DNA of 64,000 bases from Utricularia gibba (GCA_002189035.1 CM007990.1:620001-684000); one strand, 5' to 3'. Shown: positions 40,501 through 52,509, numbered from the stretch's first letter. Numbers and translations: made by a program. Notes: a model not told the origin generated them from the sequence alone.

Positions 40501-42324
40501 GTCTTACAGAGGCCAAACGCACTAGGCACTCCAGTGACTAGAATATATCACGAAATAGGTAGCTTTTAAAACACTGAACAGAATCCGTATCTCGTGAAAT
40601 GAAATAATGTGAAGAAATTATATACAAGGAATAAAAAAACAGAAAAAGCGAACCTCCTTTGAAACAGGGGGGTTCGACTGCGAGTAATAATCGAAAAAGA
40701 TCTGCACTGTTGTAGTTTCTTCTAATAAGGACTTCCATGAAGACGGAATCTGGAAAATGAGGAAATCCCATCAACCTACGGGGAAGATTAATCTGAAGAA
40801 CTAAGAAATTCATAAGAAAACGGAAATGTCTCTTTTGCATGCGTTCTTTTACCACAGTAGTTTCTCAAGATCGACTAAATTAATCAATTCTGTGTATAGA
40901 CCTCCAGGGGAGGGGTGGGTTCGTAGGATAAACACACCTGGACAGTCCCAAATTCTTCGGAACTTTCGTCAACTGATGTCCCGACAAAATCAAATGACAG
41001 GCATTTCAGTGACAGGGCTAAAGCCAGTTCCTGCAACCGGCTGACAGCTGCATGCATCCAGAAACATTTAAAAGGTACACCAAAAGAACATAAAACCCAA
41101 TAACAGAATAAGATATCTAAGCAATCTACCATCACTCTTTAATTGATGCAGTGATGTTAGGGATATCTGGAAAATCTGGAGAAGACATTGATCCCTGAAG
41201 GAACAGGCCACCCTACGATGATGCGAAGAAGGCAATCCTGAATTTGGCTGTTAAGAAATAAATAAATAAGATCTGGTTATGGATAACCAAACCATAATAG
41301 GCAGTTTTTTCACTTGGCAGATATTGCAACAGGAAACAGGCCAGGTTCATATATGATTTTAAAATGGTGCCCCATTATATGCTTATCCCTTCCAATCATG
41401 TCCCTAAATTATGATATATAGGGTATTATACTATAAAAGGCAAACCTGGTTCATTTCAGAGACCAGCTGATTCAAGATCTTTAATCCAATAACATAGTGA
41501 AATGTTCCCTAGGAAAACATCAAGAACCATCAGAAACACAAGAGACCTGATGCTCCAGAGTTCCAGTGGCAGAAACAAGCAGAAGTAGATTACCATTGGA
41601 ATTTACAAACTTCATCCCATACTAGGAAGTTCCGTAAAACAGAACAAAGCACATAAAACTTCCAAAACGTTAACTAATACCTGGTTCAGGAAATCAATAG
41701 ATTCTTTGGATAATTCTCTGAACCTATCATCATCAAACCATCCAAACTTAGTAAGCCGACACAACAGCTCAATCAAGGAGCCAACCACGAAGTTCTGCAG
41801 CTCGGGACCTCTTTTTGCCAGATAGTTTAGCAGGTAACTTCCTTCATATTGCGTACACGACCAAAAACACACGTCAAATAAAAAGGAAGATACTCAGATA
41901 CAGACACCAATTCCAATAACAAGAAAATATAAGTGGAAGTCCATAATAAAGAGAATCAACGTAAATCAGCAAGCCTAATTGTCTGAAATAAAGGGGAAAA
42001 AAGAATAAAATCAAACATGAACAACACCAGCATTGACAGAATCCACAAAATGCTCAAAATAAAATAAGATAAAAAATAGTTACGGATGTCAAGGCGCAGC
42101 TGCAAGGAGAGACTGTGATCAGTCACTTGCTTCAGCAGGCTTGAACTAGCCAGCATCAGTGCATACGGAGTCAACGCATTATCCAGGATATACTGACACT
42201 GTGAAATATAATCAATATTTGTAGAAAAACATTTCAAGGTATTCTCAGCATGTGTCCGTTCCGCTGAGTCCCGTGAATTGTATAGTCTTTCACAAAGAAC
42301 TTCCAACTGGGCTAAACTCTCCAT
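34557..42324 (-). CDS. XPO7: Exportin-7 (RanBP16/17-like importin-beta family)
   Basis: Multi-exon gene traced from [22 protein letters not shown] through [39 protein letters not shown] and [10 protein letters not shown] to [18 protein letters not shown]. Confidence 0.93.
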
Positions 42325-43625
42325 CACACCTAGGCTACAGCACAAATTTCCTCCAAAGATTCCAGACAATCAACTGCCGGTAATCATCCAATCCAAATCA
42401 GCGTCTACAAAGTTGCCACACACAGAAATCCGTCAAACAAAAACACATCAGTAAGCTGGGTAGGGGAGAGTCAGAAATGTCATCAGATCCAGTGATTAAA
42501 AAAAATGAAGAATCACACAGGCTAAGTTATGTTCGCCATTATGTGCAGCAGTACTGATTTAGACCCATTAACACGCATATTTATGTCTAATTTTTCCAGT
42601 ACAAAATCAAGCCAACATTGTCAAAGTGCATTGCACCATCGCAAGATGTGACAAAATTCCGCGCAAACCGTATTTGCATGCAAATTCCGAATAAGATAGA
42701 TAGAGTGCCACATAAAAATACAAGCCCAAATGTTACATATGCGTTCACAGTATACAAAAAGGCTCCCCTTCCGCGTTGAAACTGGGGCGACATCTACATA
42801 GAATATACACAAGAAATATGCAAAAGAGCTCCAGAAAACTCAACCGTTAGCTGTTCGGCAACAGACCCTGACAACAAAAACCAACAAAAAGAACAAAACA
42901 ATAGCAAATTAATAGGCGTTTGCACAAAGAAATGAAGGAAAACCTCGTCAATCGCTCAAATTCATAGTCATAAATATAAAAAAATCATCCGTAAAAAAAG
43001 GAAAAATCGTAGAGAACCACTACCCTGAAATAAGAACTCCGATGATAGAGGGTTGACCGAAAGCAAATAAAAGGAATTAAATTACGATCAGACCCGATCC
43101 TTGACCATTTGTACATCCTTGATCCATCTCTGAATCCCAAGGCGGCGGAAGAAGGCCAATGAGAAACCCCATCGCGTGTAACCACGGTTTATACTACGGG
43201 AGAGAGACTCCCATTTTTACCGTGCACGAATTCACACATTTACCGCCGTAAAGACGCCTTCCCATTTACCATCCGGTGAAAAAACATATCATCTTCTTTA
43301 ATTTCATTAAATTTGCATTGCAAAAGTTAGAGGTGGTCACGGTCACATAAAAAATTGTAACTTGACTGAATAGAATAGGGGATCAATATGCTAGACCCGT
43401 CCGAATCATTACATAATTTATATATAATAATACGAATTGGATAATTCATAAGTATAGAATTAATTGATTGGATTGAAAACATACTTTTTGTTATTGGGTT
43501 ACATTTCAAACCCAACCTGTTTTATCCATCAAATTCACATGTATCCATTATATATCAATTATATTATTTTTTAAAAATTATTACTATTTAATAATAAAAT
43601 TATATTCAAAAATAGAAATTATTCC

Positions 43626-43633
43626 AAACCCTA
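43626..43633 (+). promoter_or_regulatory. Telo-box (AAACCCTA) upstream of XPO7
   Basis: Exact AAACCCTA match. Motif only. Confidence 0.35.
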
Positions 43634-43678
43634 AACCAAAACCTATGGGCAGCAGACATTGCGGGGTGGAGGCGAGGA

Positions 43679-45139
43679 TCAGGACAGTGTTTTGGGGGGC
43701 ATGGTTGGTTCATGGCCATGAACACGAAAACGGTAAATGCAGGTATGCGAAGGGCTTCCATGGGCTGATAGGATATCAAGCCTCACAGTGTCGATGATGA
43801 TGGATGAAGGCATCTCAATCTTGAAGGTCTGAGCGCTGCTCTTCTCCAGATCATAGGTGAATTCAGTCAGAGGGATCTTCTTTGTATCATCCTGCAACTC
43901 CCCCACATCTTGTCCTTGAAACCACCCAGACACTTTGCAGTTCTTGGGAGCGCTGGATCTGTCAAAAGCCACACTCTGCTTGCAGGAAGGATGAAAAAGT
44001 TTAAAGCTACCACTGGAAATTAAGTTCATGAGGCAGATGGTTAAAAGGGAATCAAGCTTCCACCCGAGACATCTAAGAATTACTAGAGCTGAAGCAAAAC
44101 TACTACCAACATAAGCATCCAAGAATCAAAGTGGCTTGATGTTAAAGATTACCTTTGCAACATGCTCCAGAGTGACAGCTTCTGGAATAATGGCGGCCCT
44201 TAGGCGTATCTCAACAAATCCACTGGTGCCATTGATAGGAAAACATTGTCCAGGCTCCCCAAAGCTTGGTTTTAGCATCTTATCTGCATCAGAACTGATT
44301 TTATTCAGACTGAATAATCCGCGGCTACTTCGGCCAAAGGGCTGGGAATGCTTCACCACTTTCCCTCCTGCAGAAGCCAAAGCATAATCCACCATCCCCA
44401 GGCCATCTGCTGAGTGCTTTTCTATTTCAGTTTTGACAACATCTCTTGCATAGGCTAAAATATCATCCAGGGTAACTTCTGTATTCTTTCTTGATGCTTT
44501 AAACTCCACCATGAAATCATCAAATTCCTCCGTGGAGAGGATGCTTTTAGTTTTAAAGTCATCCATGAACTTCTCAAAAGCATCGTTTCTTGCCCCAAAA
44601 GCCTTCAACTTCAAATCAATTTGTTTGCCATTCTTGCCAATTTGTTCATTCAGCTCTTTCTTCACTGAGATAATCCCGTCATCTAGCTTCCCCTCAATCG
44701 CCTTCACCTGAACCTGAAGAGCATTCACTGACTTCTTGACAAATCTTTTCATTTCAGAGAGCTCCCCACTGGAATACCCAGGAAAAGTTACCGAGAAATC
44801 CCCAACACCAACTCCTCGTCTGATCCACACCATCATCTGCAAAAAGCCCATAAATACTACAAACAAGACCATGACTTTAGTTAGGACCCTTATCGCAGTG
44901 AGCCAACGCGGCTTCTTGTTCTTCCGGTTGTGCCCAGAATTCCTAACCCCACCCCGAGATGGATTCATCTCCGCCTCCCGAGAAACTGCAGTTCCAGTTT
45001 CGTTTGCAGTAATTTCAGGATCCATTTCAGCCACGGCCGCGGCGGTTGCACCCGAAGTAAGGCTCCTCCCGACGGCACGACGGCGCGTGCCGAGACCTCC
45101 ATCTTCAACGGGTTTAATGGAAACCGTGGAAGTCGACAT
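43679..45139 (-). CDS. SUN1: C-terminal SUN-domain protein (SUN1/SUN2 type, LINC complex)
   Basis: Exons 45139-44153 and 43975-43679. Basic NLS, TM helix, coiled coil, then the SUN domain ([58 protein letters not shown]). SUN1 and SUN2 cannot be distinguished. Confidence 0.92.
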
Positions 45140-45375
45140 TGCAAGGATTGCTATCAGTTTGCTATCAATCTCCCGAATCGCGACAAGAAATCAAACCAAA
45201 CTCCAAATCTCCTCAGCACCAGGGAGGAACTTCTGTAAACCGCCTTTCTAATTTCCATTCACCGAAAGTTTCAGAAATTGTATAAAAAAACTGGAAATTT
45301 ATTTTATAATAAGATTTTCTTTTTGTTTTTTTGATCATTTCATTGTAGTCGCCGCCAAAGCTTTCTTCCAAAAAA

Positions 45376-48127
45376 ATGGCCTCCAGGTCCTCCTACAGAA
45401 GAGACAAAGCGGCTGACCTCATGGAGCCGGCGGCGCCCGCTGCCGCCTCACGGAGGCGATCTCACAGTGTCAGTGCTATTCAACGAAGAACAACCCCAAT
45501 GCATGATGATCCTTCTATTTCGGGAGAGTTTTCTAATCGTAGAGACAACCCTCTTTTCTGGGCTCGGCTTTCCCCGCCACCCCGTGAAGGGGGTCTTGGA
45601 AAAGTTGATCCCTCTGTTGCTCAGAAATCCTTCTCTTCGAATTCTAGAGAGGCGAATAAGAGGGTCAATGGTGGTCGCGGTTTTGGGGGGAACCGAGGGG
45701 GCGTTCCGTGAAGCGGACTTATCATGAGAAGAAGGGGATTGGTCGAAGTTTGTCGAGAGCTCGAGAGGAGCCATCGTCAGGGATTCCTTGCGGAGGAAAT
45801 CATGGGGTACTGTATTGTTTAAGAATGCTTCTGTATGTTCAGTGCTTCCTCTATGTTGACAGATAGACAATAATGTTGAGATCTAATGTGCTTTGCTTTA
45901 AATGCCTAATCTTTGATGGGGAGAAAGTTAGGTTATGTATCAAGATTTCTGTTACTATGCTATGGATCAGCATTTGGTTTTCAAATTTTGCCTTAGGCAT
46001 CAAAGCTGGTGACAGAGAGACCCCATTGACTTGCCTTTGTTCTTTGTGTCTTTGGCAGATCACGAAAGGGAAACGAACAGAGGAAGCAATTTCAGCACGA
46101 GGCGGAGGTAGATCAGAAAGTGTTAGTAAGCATACTTATAGGACTAAACTAGATAAAAGTGGTTTAGTTCAGAATCTTGACAATGCAGTTAGAGAACGAA
46201 TCCAAGACCCAGCAGCTGACTGGGGCGATGACTTTTGTGTGAGTATGATCTTGTATTTTTTTTGGCTACAAACATTGATCTCAATGTTTTTTGCTCAATT
46301 TATCACAAAGCTTTGTTCTTTCAGTGTGATTGGCGTGCATTGAATTTGGATGATGCACTTTCAGTCAGTTCCTTTTCAGAAACTGAAAAGAAAAGCGTCA
46401 AAGGTGTACAGGCAAGCACATGCTCAAATACAAGGGTCATCTCCCGTTTCTTGTACTTTCTAAGTAGAATTCTTTGTCCATATAACCTTTTAGCGAATGC
46501 GAGACAAACTGGCAAGAGAGATTTCATCATCAAGTGGGGTTCATGAAACTTTAGTTTCTGAAGTTGCACAAGCTGTGTCTGACATCGACCTTCATAGCGT
46601 GAGTTTTTGTACCATTACCATTCTATTTTACTTTTGAGATGTGTCATTTGTGATGAAATTCATTCTTGTCTAACCTTTTATGAAGCCATGCTTCACCTGT
46701 TTTATGTGTTTTTCAGCCACCACGAAGGAAGGATGCAAAGCTTGGTTTCCCAAACTATGAGCTTGTGGGGGACTGTAGAAGGGACTATACAATTGAACTA
46801 AAGGAGGTTAAGAAACGTCATGCTGCAGCTTTAGTTCCTGCATTGTTAATCATTTCTACTCAACCAAAGTTGCAATGCACTGTGCAGTCTGAGGTACGCG
46901 CTGAAAAGCTTCGAGCAGAACTGGCTGTCGAAGAGTACAGACAACAGGAGCTGGATAGAATTCTTGGGGACATGCTTACTTATTCAAGGAGTTCTACATG
47001 CCATAAATCTCTCCAGAAAAGGGTGGGTTCATGTCTGTTAGAAGTAAATTTTACAAGATATTTCATGAACTGGTGCTTATGGTATATTAATAGTCTGGAA
47101 TGATGGTTGCTTTGCAAAATTCTGTTTACACCTAGGAAATGAATTTCATGCATTCTAAAAGCCATTTTCATACCATCTTATCATCAGGTAAGAAACGAAC
47201 GAAAAGCAGTGTCAAAGCAGCTTACTGAAGATGCCTTTGCATATTTTGATGAATGTGTCTCGTTATCAACTTTTGATAGCAGCTCCGAATTCTCAGCTAC
47301 AGAAGACCCTGTCCTTGCGTTGTCTGGAGCATATGGAGTTTTAGATTTTGCATATCCACCTAACAGAATTTCAGACGCGTTATCCCCTTACAAGGAAGGC
47401 TTTGGCGTTGAACTGAAACAGGTTGTTCTCACTTCACTCTTTTTATTGAGGAAAACCAGTTACTTCACTGCAGTTTTGTCAACTCTTACTTTGCATATGT
47501 GGCCTGATACCTTTGAAACTGAGAGGCACCCCCATTGAGTTTCTTAGTGATTGCGTCGATGAAACACTGCAATATTTTGCAAATACACCTCTGGCAATCA
47601 CCCCTTTTTTCTGTTCTGCGATTCATATCATACCCCTCTTATTGCAACGTGCTTTGTATCTCCCATCACTGACTTATCATGCTGCATCTCTCCAACACAC
47701 TAGAGCATGATGATGCATGCATTTTTTGGCTGAAGTTTGAGCCTTTCCTGAATTCTATTGCATCTCAAGCGACTTAATCCTTTTTTCTTGGCAGATAGAA
47801 CTTGGCAGCAGCTATGCAGAGTTTTCTTCACCCAGCGTCACCAGCAGGATGAATGAAGTAAGAAGCAGTCAACATACCGAGGTGTCATGCAGTGATGACA
47901 AGAAGCTAGAAGCAACTGGTCCTAAAGGAGAAGAAGTTGGTAAGAGTTACATGAGGTTTTTCGGCACAGCCCTCAATCCAGCTGCTGCTGCGTTTGACGC
48001 CGGAGAGTACAAAGGGCTCTCTGAAGACATCCTGGCTGACAGGGTGCTGTTCAACAACAGGATCGTATCCGGGGGGCTTGTGCTGTGCCACTGCTCAACA
48101 CCTTCATTCCAGCCCTTCTGCGGATGA
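45376..48127 (+). CDS. Uncharacterised plant coiled-coil protein with an apparent 1-nt frameshift at about 45685-45690
   Basis: Exons give DNPLFW..., RGRSVKR..GRSLSR, DDALSVSSFSETEKK, ETLVSEVAQAVSDI, RRDYTIELKE|SEVRAEKLRAELAVEEYRQQEL and SKQLTEDAFAYFDECVSLSTFDSS. I recognise these from a conserved plant family of unknown function, but cannot name it. Confidence 0.75.
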
Positions 48128-48888
48128 GTTGTTCCATGGGAGAGAATTTCAGTGATAAAATGCACAAACCTTCTGAAAAAAGTCCGCTGCCGTTATCGCT
48201 TCTCCGGTAGGCGGCGGAACAGCGCCGTGCTGCCGGTGGTTCATTCAATTCCAACAATTGGACCGGCCCGTAGTTTCTATCGTCTAGCAAGAAAACCCGA
48301 AGGCCCATTGGATCATAGAAGGATCCGAAAGGTAGCCGGAAACCCTACCGGGTTAACCTAACCATGGTTTAAAAAGCGGATTCCCCATGACATGCAGAAA
48401 AAGCAGAGTGAGTGAACGCCCGCCAATTGGTCGCATGAGTGTAGCCTGGCGCCAGGTGTTTGAGCCTTAACCTAACCAAGGTTCAACAAGTGGACCCCAA
48501 CCATAGTTAACCCCTCCACTCTCAGCAATGCGCCACCACATACGATACATAAATTCCAAATAAATCTGAAAAATATGGTGCACCAAATTGCATGAATTGA
48601 AACTTGGGGTACCAAATTGTCAAATTCAGCAGAGTACGCGGGCCAAAATGGTATGAAAATTATTCCCAATTTAACCCCTCATTCTCACTATAATATTCTT
48701 CAAAAGATGAAGAGCTACCATTTCGTGCGTCTACTTGAAAATAATAGAAAATTAACTTTTTTACAAATGGATATTTGTTATTTTTGAAAATTATTTTTGG
48801 AGAATAGAAAAAAACCATTTACTATCGTTAATTTTCTTATTTTGTGTTAATTGAGTACTAAATAGGCGTGAAGGCAATAAAAAAAAGG

Positions 48889-48955
48889 TTTTTATTTATT
48901 TATTTATTTATTTGTTTATTTATTTATTCATTTATTATTTATTTATATTATTATT
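48889..48955. repeat. Imperfect (ATTT)n microsatellite upstream of WRI1
   Basis: Run tttatttatttatttatttatttgtttatttatttattcatttatt... Confidence 0.85.
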
Positions 48956-49066
48956 TGACAATATGTGTAGTCGCACCGTGTGTGTCATTCGCAAAATCGC
49001 TGCGCTCTGTTTCTGCAATCTTGGTAAACTACTTTGCTTTCCACCTGCAATTTCTCCTCTTCGGTG

Positions 49067-50874
49067 ATGAACATCAGGAGGCGCTCTTCGCACGCTTGCA
49101 ACTCCTCGTCTTCTTCTTCCGCTCCCTGCGTCGGATCCGGTTCCGCAGCCTTCCCTCAGCCGAACATGGTCCCAATTAAACTGCAATCGGAGCTCCGTCC
49201 GACGATGAAGCGCAAGAAGAAGCACCTCCCCGGTGATGGTGAGGGTTCCCCTGATTCTAATCCCAATTCGAGAAGAACCTCCATCTACAGAGGCGTCACC
49301 AAGTAAATTCTCCTTCGCACTTCCATATTTTTGGGATGCATGCATGGTGTTTGTTGTAATTCCGCAACGAGCAAAAAAAAAGAGAAGAGTTTTCGGGTGT
49401 GGCGGTGGTGCAGGCACAGATGGACCGGCAGGTACGAGGCTCACCTTTGGGACAAGACGACGTGGAACTCCGCTCAGAAGAAGAGGGGAAAACAGAGTAC
49501 AGCTTCCCCTTTTCTTATTCGCAATTAAAAAAAAAAAAAAAAAGCGAGCATAATTTTTACTTTTTAATTTTTATTTATTGGTTTCACTGGCTTTTTATTC
49601 TTATTTAATGCGGCTAATTTTTTTCCGTTATTTTCATGTGGGTCCTACTAACAACCGAAGTTTATTTAGGTAAGCTAACTGTTAATCACTATTTCCGTAC
49701 ACGACAATTGTTGTGTTAGAGATGATGAGTCATTAACTAACATTGGAACGACGACGTTTAGGCGCTTATGATGTTGAGGAGGAAGCGGCGAGGACGTACG
49801 ATTTGGCCGCCCTAAGGTACTGGGGCACCACCGCCACCCTCAACTTCCCGGTGAGCGGAAGAACACACTGCGCACCCTGAGTGCGTGTGTGTCTTTCATG
49901 GCCTGCAACTGGTTGTCTTGTTCACGAGCAGTTTGTTCCTTTGAGCGTTCGAGATTGACGGTTGTCTTCGCGAAATGCAGGAGGAAACGTATGCGAAGGA
50001 GGTGGAGGAGATGGGCAAGTTCACGAGGGAGGAGTATTTGGCTTCCTTGAGGCGCAACAGCAGTGGATTTTCGAGGGGCATCTCCAAGTATCGCGGTGTC
50101 GCAAGGTAAAGAAAGAAGCATTTGGCTCCCTTGGTGTTTTTAGTGAAGTTGGCTGCTTGCTTTTGGCAACAGACATCACCACAATGGTCGATGGGAGGCT
50201 CGGATCGGTCGCGTGTGCGGCAACAAGTATCTCTACCTGGGAACTTACAGTATGTTCTTCGCCTCCATCCATGTCGATTGACAGAATGAGGGGTAGCTAA
50301 TCATGGGGTGCATTGTTTGTTCCAAGCAGACACTGAGGAAGAAGCAGCAGCAGCCTATGATATGGCAGCGATACAGTTTCGAGGTGCGAATGCAGTAACA
50401 AACTTCGACATCAACAAATACGTTGGCAAGCCAAAGAAAGCTGAAGATACGGCAGTAGCCCAAGTGAAACAGAGGGCAGATAAGCCACCCCTTTCCGCAG
50501 AGGAATTGCATGACCACCTCCAAAAGGATGTGCAGAGATGTCATTTACCAGAATTGAGGCCAGTGGAGTTCATTGTATCTGAAGGAATGGCCGATGGCCA
50601 TGACAATCCGTGGGATCTATGCCTTGATATCGCATTCGATGCTCCATCCCTCCCGGATGTGGTAGTGATGGAAGAAGCTTCTCAGTTTTTTGACTACAGA
50701 GGATTTGAGGATGACATAGAATGCATCTTTGATGAGCCGTTGGGCGCCCTGCCTGATGCCATTTCAGGCATTGGAGACCACCAGCTTAAGAACTTGGTGG
50801 CAGCCGACCAGGGAGATTCATCATCGTCTTCTCCATATTCTTCCACATCAATTTGCAGCAGCAACATGTTATGA
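49067..50874 (+). CDS. WRI1: WRINKLED1-like double-AP2 transcription factor
   Basis: Exons include 49067-49302, 49414-49496, 49661-49669 (9 nt), 49762-49850 and 49981-50105. Motifs [84 protein letters not shown] and [21 protein letters not shown]. Ser-rich N-terminus and acidic C-terminus as in WRI1. Confidence 0.88.
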
Positions 50875-52357
50875 TTCTCATCTCCAAATGTGATGGTTCT
50901 TTAATGCGTTTTTGCTTTCCTAGAGAACAAGATTTCTTCCATTCCTGCATTTTTTATGAACTCAATGTCAATCAATTTGAAAATGCAAATAGATCCACAA
51001 GGAGTTTCATTCCAGAAACACCACCACAGGGATGCTAGAAAAGATACCTCCTGGCCGTATGACGTATCTCCTGCTCCTCTTCTGCTACAACAACATTCAA
51101 GTTGCAAGCAGGTTTAACATGAAACCTCACTCTTCAAAACAAAAATTCAAGCCCATCTTATATGTTAAATCAGTAAAACCGGCACAAGACTGTCCACTCC
51201 TTCAATTAGCAAATCTGAAAACGGTAGCGGCTAAGAGTTTGAATCCCTACAAACCATGCACAGAGTGTATATATTGTAGCACTGAAAGTATGGTCTGCAA
51301 CAAGAACACCCTGGATTCTTCTTATCAATGGGGGAGGCTTTCAAGGTCAAGTAAGCATGGTCAGTAGCAGTGGGAAATGAAGAGCTTTAATTGCAATGGA
51401 AGATGCCAAAAGCAAATCAAGTGTCAGGCAGGAGAAGAATCTCCTGCACAAAGCAAGAAACTATTAGCACACTGGGACCAAACCAAAATGCCATAATAAT
51501 GTGTAAAAAATGTCAGGGGAGAAGTCGCAGTCATCTGTAAAGGAAGAAATTAGAGTTTCTGGGACCAACTCGAGTGCAAAATCAAGAACAGATGACAGGG
51601 CACTAGCACAAGCAAAACTACTTGTTTGCATCCAGGAAGTACATGTTGCAAAATCATAACTACTTCGATAGGATGATGACTTTAGGCTGAAGCAAAATGT
51701 GTGTATGGTGTTCATGCATACTTTGGAACAGCTTCACACAGTGCATTCACACTGGAATCAGAATGACATGTGAACTGAAACAAAAAGACAATGATGATAA
51801 ACAGCTCAGCAAAAGTATAGTGTTAGAAGGACAAAGAGCAATCAAGGCAAAGAAACGCTCAAAGTGGGCAATATACCACCCTGGAACACTGACAACAATG
51901 AAATACACCAAGCTTCACAGGGAGTTCTGTAATACTGACTAAATATAAGTCAAATTAGGATTCAATTCAACAGGAGGCTCCTGAATCATCCCCAACCGTC
52001 AAGATTGCCTTCTCAATTCCGCCGCCGCTTCCATAGGAGTCATCCTCGGCCGCAGTCTACCACATCGATTGTCCCGCCGGTGGTCCATTCTGCAGATAAT
52101 TACCCGGATCAACTCCAGGAAAAGCGGGTCGGGTCGCCCCATCATCTTGACCCATTTGTGTATGTATAATAATAGGGAACACCAGCAGCAGCGGCGGCGG
52201 CGGCCGGCGGGGCCAGAATCCACGCATGAACTTATCTGAGTTGTTTTCAATTTGACGTTAAAAACTATATCATTTTCCTCTTTCAATCCAATCCCTCCCA
52301 AGAACGATACGAAGCAATTGGGTGTGTTGATGTGTGTGCGTTTTCCCATGGGCAAGC

Positions 52358-52462
52358 AGACGTGGCACGCACATGCAGCGTCTCTGATCACCACGTCACG
52401 TAGAGATGACGTAGGATCCACTCATGTCCTCCTCCATTCTTCTTCTTCCTCCTCAAATATAA
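52358..52462 (+). promoter_or_regulatory. bZIP (ACGT) site cluster and TATA box of the HIPP promoter
   Basis: ACGTGGC (ABRE-like) at about 52359; CCACGTCA, TCACGTAG and TGACGTAG within 52391-52414; AATATAAAA at about 52455-52463, roughly 50 nt before the ATG. Confidence 0.55.
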
Positions 52463-52509
52463 AACCCCACCTGCCTCTCAGCTCTCTGGGTAGAGAAAAG
52501 TGAGGTCCC

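Noticed and set aside
45681-45693. Programmed -1 ribosomal frameshift at TTTTGGGGGGAAC
   Set aside because: Not a canonical slippery heptamer in frame, no clear downstream stimulatory structure, and the same one-base deficit in two other genes favours an artefact.
48935-49444. 169-aa - strand ORF overlapping the WRI1 5' end
   Set aside because: Explained by GC-rich antisense of WRI1 exons 1-2; no independent homology or motif.
51671-51892. ATGATGA...CTGA pairs suggesting C/D snoRNAs
   Set aside because: No terminal stems or recognisable rRNA-complementary guides, and the strand looks antisense to the likely transcript. Left for an Rfam scan.
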